DNA of 32,000 nt from the NCBI RefSeq assembly GCF_000012465.1, contig NC_007335.2, positions 330,001-362,000 of the forward strand. The letters run 5' to 3'. The DNA is from Prochlorococcus marinus str. NATL2A (GTDB lineage: Bacteria > Cyanobacteriota > Cyanobacteriia > PCC-6307 > Cyanobiaceae). Position numbers and translations under genes: made by a program. The notes beneath the pieces are model-generated. The model saw nothing but the letters and a program-made list of their open reading frames with translations. It searched no databases and was not told the origin of the DNA. Shown piece by piece: positions 28,169-32,000 of the stretch (position 1 is the first letter of the stretch; each line of letters opens with the position of its first letter).

Positions 28169-28230
28169 CAAGTAAATAACAATAAAAAAAGCCCTGAATT
28201 TTCAGGGCTTTTTTTATTGTTATTTACTTG
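28169..28230. terminator. 62-nt perfect palindrome (30-bp arms); psbB-psbT terminator core (A7-GCCCTGAA/TTCAGGGC-T7)
   Basis: 28169-28198 pairs perfectly with 28201-28230, checked base by base. The right arm includes the psbT stop codon (28224-28226). Confidence 0.75.
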
Positions 28231-28319
28231 TCGTATTTCGGAGGATCACGAAATGCGACAGCAAAGAAGAGCGTTACAAGTGCCAAAGTAAGTATTAGCA
28301 CGTAGGAGAAAGCTTCCAT
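28224..28319 (-). CDS. psbT: Photosystem II protein T (PsbT)
   Basis: Hand translation: [31 protein letters not shown] (31 aa). It is 38 nt downstream of psbB, the canonical psbB-psbT arrangement. Confidence 0.93.
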
Positions 28320-28357
28320 CTAAGTTCTCGGTATAAAGGGGGATAAAGAATCCTGAT

Positions 28358-29881
28358 TTAGGCTCGACCAGGAACTCGGCGGGTAGATTCGTCTCCAAGT
28401 TTTTTGAAGAGACCAAACTCAACCTGATCCCCAAGCTCTGGATCGATACCTGAGAATCTGTCGCCAAATAGAGTCCTAGCGGCGTGCCACCAGTGCCCGA
28501 AGAGGAATAGTAAGCCAAAACACAAGTGAGCATAAGTGAACCAGGCTCTTGGAGAGCTTCTGAATACACCATCTGACTTGTATCTATCTCTGTCAAACTT
28601 GAAGGCCTCTCCAAGCTGAGATTTTCTAGCTAGACGTTTAACTATTACTGGATCAGTAAATGTTTGTCCATTTAATTCACCACCATAAACAGTAGCTGTG
28701 ACTCCAGTTTGTTCAATGGAGTACTTAGCTTCGGCTCGACGGAAAGGAATGTCAGCTTTGACATTCCCATCCTTGTCTTCAAGAATGACAGGGAAGTTCT
28801 CAAAGAAATTTGGAATTCTTCTTACTTCTAAGTCATTGCCATCGCTATCAGTAAATGAGATGTGACCTTGCCATCCACTCGGAACTCCATCTCCATTAAC
28901 CATTGCACCAACTCTAAATAGTCCTCCTTTGGCGGGACTATTACCTACATAGTCGTAGAAAGCAAGTTGCTCAGGAATAGATGCATAAGCCTCAGCTTTC
29001 GATGCACCATCATTCATAGATTCTTGCACTCTGCGGTTGATTTCAGTTTTGAAATAACCAGAATCCCATTGATATCTAGTAGGACCAAATAATTCCACTG
29101 GAGTTGTTGCTGATCCATACCACATTGTTCCAGCAACTACGAAGGATACAAAAAGAACAGCTGCCAAAGCACTTGCTAGAACGCCTTCAAGACTTCCTAG
29201 CTTTAGAGCCCTGTAGAGCCTTTCTCCAGGTCTATTGGTGATATGGAATATTCCACCAATTATTCCTAAAAGTCCTGCCCCAACATGATTGGCGACAATT
29301 CCTCCAGCATTGAATGGATTAAATCCTTCTGCACCCCAGACTGGAGCAACTTTTTCTACATGCCCAGTTAATCCATATGGATCAGAAACCCATATGCCTA
29401 CTGATGAACAATGAAATGCACCAAAGCCAAAGCATGTAAGGCCTGCTAAGAAAAGATGAATTCCAAATATTCTTGGAAGATCTAAAGCTGGCTCTCCAGT
29501 GCGGGAATCTTCCCACAATTCAAGGTCCCAATATGTCCAGTGCCATACGGCAGCAAGCATCAGGAGACCACTGAAAACTATATGAGCTGCAGCAACACCT
29601 TCGAAGCTCCAGAAACCGGGGTCAACTCCGGTTGCTCCAGTTATATCCCATCCGTTCCAGCTGCCTGTAATTCCTAGGCGGGCCATAAAGGGCATGACAT
29701 ACATGCCTTGGCGCCACATTGGATTAAGTACTGGATCAGAAGGATCAAAAATGGCCAATTCATATAAGGCCATTGAGCCGGCCCAGCCGGCTAACAAAGC
29801 AGTATGCATGAGGTGCACGGCCAAGAGACGGCCGGGGTCGTTGATAACGACTGTGTGCACCCGATACCAGGGCAATCCCAT
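28358..29881 (-). CDS. psbB: Photosystem II CP47 chlorophyll apoprotein
   Basis: 507 aa. [43 protein letters not shown]... Confidence 0.98.
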   Translation of the reverse strand: MGLPWYRVHTVVINDPGRLLAVHLMHTALLAGWAGSMALYELAIFDPSDPVLNPMWRQGMYVMPFMARLGITGSWNGWDITGATGVDPGFWSFEGVAAAHIVFSGLLMLAAVWHWTYWDLELWEDSRTGEPALDLPRIFGIHLFLAGLTCFGFGAFHCSSVGIWVSDPYGLTGHVEKVAPVWGAEGFNPFNAGGIVANHVGAGLLGIIGGIFHITNRPGERLYRALKLGSLEGVLASALAAVLFVSFVVAGTMWYGSATTPVELFGPTRYQWDSGYFKTEINRRVQESMNDGASKAEAYASIPEQLAFYDYVGNSPAKGGLFRVGAMVNGDGVPSGWQGHISFTDSDGNDLEVRRIPNFFENFPVILEDKDGNVKADIPFRRAEAKYSIEQTGVTATVYGGELNGQTFTDPVIVKRLARKSQLGEAFKFDRDRYKSDGVFRSSPRAWFTYAHLCFGLLFLFGHWWHAARTLFGDRFSGIDPELGDQVEFGLFKKLGDESTRRVPGRA

Positions 29882-30361
29882 GGGTCAGGTTCGTATAACG
29901 AAGCTGCTTAATGCAGCAAGACTCGCATGATCGTAAATGGTATTGCTTGAGTTAATGCACAGGATGTAGAGACCTGAAATGACTTTTGACACTATTGAGT
30001 CAAATCTAGCTGGTTTTGAGGGGCTGAAAATTGAGAATAGACAGTCGCAGACTAGAAAAAATTAAAAAAAAAAGAAAAAGAAGAATTTTTCGAATTTCAA
30101 TTGATTTTGTAATTTTAAGACGTTTTCTTACCAAATTAATTTTAAAAAATTAAAAATCCGAGCTTAAATCAACATGAAATCGATAGTTTGAAAATTATTT
30201 TTCTTGGCTTTTCAAATCTAAAATAATTGACAAACTTTTTAAAATTATAATTTTTCGGCAAATTACAAAATCTCAGTCTCTTTGATTTAAAACCCAGTTT
30301 TTCTGCTGAAGGGATATATAGTTTATTTCAGTAAAATTTGTTCTGAGTAAAAACCTCGGTT

Positions 30362-30520
30362 ATGGAAACCACTAGTTTTGGCTTTGCCGCAAGTCTTTTA
30401 TTTGTTGGAGTACCAACTATTTTTCTTATCGGTTTATTTGTTTCTACCAGTGATGGTGAGAAATCAAGCTTTTATTCTGATACCAGCAAGGGTAGATTGA
30501 GCCCTGAGCCTAAAAAGTGA
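30362..30520 (+). CDS. psbM: Photosystem II protein M (PsbM), picocyanobacterial long form
   Basis: Hand translation: METTSFGFAASLLFVGVPTIFLIGLFVSTSDGEKSSFYSDTSKGRLSPEPKK (52 aa). The N-terminal TM helix matches the PsbM consensus (ME.N.LGF.ASLLFV.VPT.FLI). Confidence 0.85.
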   Translation: METTSFGFAASLLFVGVPTIFLIGLFVSTSDGEKSSFYSDTSKGRLSPEPKK

Positions 30521-30648
30521 TTTAGGACTTTTCTAATCAAAGATCTCAAGTTTTTGCTCGAGGTCAATATCACTACTGAGGTTTTACCGTAAAGGTATTG
30601 CTTCAAAGTTTTAATATCAAATTAAACGACTAAGATAATTGGTTCTTA

Positions 30649-31095
30649 TTGAGGATGAGTTCAAAAAATAATAGATGGATATTAACAAAAACAGTTCTTC
30701 CCCAGCACACTGACCATGCAGGGGTAATGTGGCATGGCTCTTATTTAAACTTTTTAGAAGAGGGGAGAATTGATGCTTTGGATAAAATTGGACATTCGTA
30801 TACAAAACTATCTGAAAAGGGTTTCGAAATTCCAGTCGTTTCAATTCAACTTAGATATAAAATATCTTTTATTCATGGTGAAAAGATTCTTTTAGCGAGT
30901 CAATTTAAGCTGGAAAATAAAATACGACTTACTTGTAAAACTTTATTCTTAAAATCAAATGGTGATATTGGCGCTGAGGCAATAATAGGACTTGTTGTTG
31001 TAAGAAAAACAAATGAATCTATAAAGTTAGTAAGAGAATTACCAGTACAAATTAAAAATATATTATTAATGCTAGAAGAGGGACCAAAACTTTAA
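30649..31095 (+). CDS. Hotdog-fold acyl-CoA thioesterase (4HBT/YbgC type; possibly the DHNA-CoA thioesterase of phylloquinone synthesis)
   Basis: 148 aa. HTDHAGVMWHGSYLNFLEEGRIDAL matches the 4HBT catalytic-Asp motif (xTDxxGVVxHxxYxxxxExAR). Confidence 0.7.
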   Translation: MRMSSKNNRWILTKTVLPQHTDHAGVMWHGSYLNFLEEGRIDALDKIGHSYTKLSEKGFEIPVVSIQLRYKISFIHGEKILLASQFKLENKIRLTCKTLFLKSNGDIGAEAIIGLVVVRKTNESIKLVRELPVQIKNILLMLEEGPKL

Positions 31096-31113
31096 GGAAT
31101 TGAAGAATCTATT

Positions 31114-31983
31114 ATGTTTAAATCCATTCCAGGTGACGCTTTTCTTAAATGGAGAAAAAAAATGATATTGATAGGCGGTAGGAAAGTTGATTTTGATTGG
31201 CTTTTGGATATGGTCGCTGGAGTCTCTTGGGCTAAATTGCAAAGCATTATTTTGAATCCTGAGAAGTTTATTTCCTTAGATATCTCAACTGATGAATTAG
31301 AAGTTATTTGGAAATCTCATTTAAAAGATCAAACCCCACTTCAGTATTTGATCTCTAAGTGCCCTTGGAGAGATGTTGAGTTAGAGGTTTCAGCAGAGGC
31401 TCTTATCCCTAGGCAAGAAACAGAATTTTTGATTGATATTGCTTTGAAAAAAATTATTAATTTTGATTCTGGAAGATGGGCTGATCTTGGTACAGGCTCT
31501 GGAGCTATTGCAGTATCTTTAGCTAAATCTCTTCCTAATTGGAATGGATACGCAACTGATATTAGTAATGAAGCATTAGAACTAGCAAAAAGAAATTTAA
31601 AAGCTATTGTGCCAAATGCGAATGTGAGATTTTCTTTGGGTGATTGGTGGGAACCTTTGAAAAGATGGAGGGGAAGATTTGATTTGGTTTTAAGTAATCC
31701 TCCTTATATACCCTCCTATTTAGTTGAAGAGTTAGAACCAGTTGTTAAAAACCATGAGCCAATTATTGCTTTGGATGGTGGAGAGGATGGAATGAATGCT
31801 TCTAGAAAAATCATCCTTGGAGCATTAAATGGACTTGCCAAAGGAGGTTGGTTGATTCTTGAACATCATTATGATCAAAGTGAAAAGATAACTAGTTTTA
31901 TGAAGAATATTGGAATGGAAGAAGTTTCTTTTGAAAAAGATTTAAGTGGAATCAAGCGCTATGCAATTTGTCGCAGAAAATGA
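31114..31983 (+). CDS. prmC: Peptide chain release factor N5-glutamine methyltransferase (PrmC/HemK)
   Basis: 289 aa. PRQETEFLID, DLGTGSGAIAVSLA (SAM motif I), LSNPPYIP (NPPY catalytic motif), EPIIALDGGEDG. Confidence 0.88.
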   Translation: MFKSIPGDAFLKWRKKMILIGGRKVDFDWLLDMVAGVSWAKLQSIILNPEKFISLDISTDELEVIWKSHLKDQTPLQYLISKCPWRDVELEVSAEALIPRQETEFLIDIALKKIINFDSGRWADLGTGSGAIAVSLAKSLPNWNGYATDISNEALELAKRNLKAIVPNANVRFSLGDWWEPLKRWRGRFDLVLSNPPYIPSYLVEELEPVVKNHEPIIALDGGEDGMNASRKIILGALNGLAKGGWLILEHHYDQSEKITSFMKNIGMEEVSFEKDLSGIKRYAICRRK

Positions 31984-32000
31984 AATGATCACTCAGCAAT

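Noticed and set aside
28246-28614. 122-aa minus-strand ORF
   Set aside because: It overlaps the 3' end of psbB and all of psbT in another frame. Both of those have unambiguous identities.
30227-30251. TTGACA and TATAAT hexamers upstream of psbM
   Set aside because: Both hexamers are perfect, but they are separated by only 13 nt rather than 16-18, so they are unlikely to work together as a sigma-70 promoter. I kept this only as a remark inside the spacer finding.
30103-30272. 13-nt inverted repeat GATTTTGTAATTT / AAATTACAAAATC, about 145 nt apart in the psbB-psbM spacer
   Set aside because: In a ~480-nt stretch of very AT-rich sequence a single 13-mer inverted match is not clearly beyond chance, and no supporting structure was seen.
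31985-32000. ATG immediately after the prmC stop (ATGATCACTCAGCAAT...)
   Set aside because: Only 16 nt of a possible downstream gene are in the window, too little to call.

Overview
AT-rich (by eye about 35% GC), gene-dense chromosomal segment of a marine picocyanobacterium. It is most likely a low-light-adapted Prochlorococcus marinus, because it carries photosystem II genes plus a complete Prochlorococcus-type phycoerythrin-III cluster in the order cpeB-cpeA-cpeZ-mpeX-cpeY-cpeT-cpeS-ppeC.

Gene content from left to right:
- rubA (3' end), ycf48, psbE, psbL, psbJ
- mtnP, and an FAD-oxidoreductase::SelD fusion
- a CCA-adding/poly(A) polymerase family enzyme, and a PcrA/UvrD helicase
- the phycoerythrin cluster
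- a TVP38-family membrane protein and two UDP-glucuronate-modifying enzymes
- a ~3.8 kb gene-poor stretch ending at tRNA-Phe(GAA)
- a DUF2470 protein, an FGGY kinase, metK, a HAD hydrolase, rpsA, nrdR
- psbT, psbB, psbM, a hotdog thioesterase, prmC

Most interesting signals:
1. tRNA-Phe is flanked by a second near-identical copy and a third decayed copy of its own 3' end plus terminator. This delimits a ~2.8 kb integrase-less island. Its cargo is a convergent, 3'-overlapping pair: a TPR-repeat protein and a SET-domain-like protein. The cargo is bracketed by a repeated 11-mer.
2. psbF is absent from the otherwise canonical psbE-(F)-L-J operon.
3. There are long perfect palindromes of 62 nt (overlapping the psbT stop codon) and 43 nt (in the gene-poor stretch).

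I saw no rRNA, CRISPR array, transposase or integrase. Coordinates of small hand-derived features may be off by 1-2 nt.
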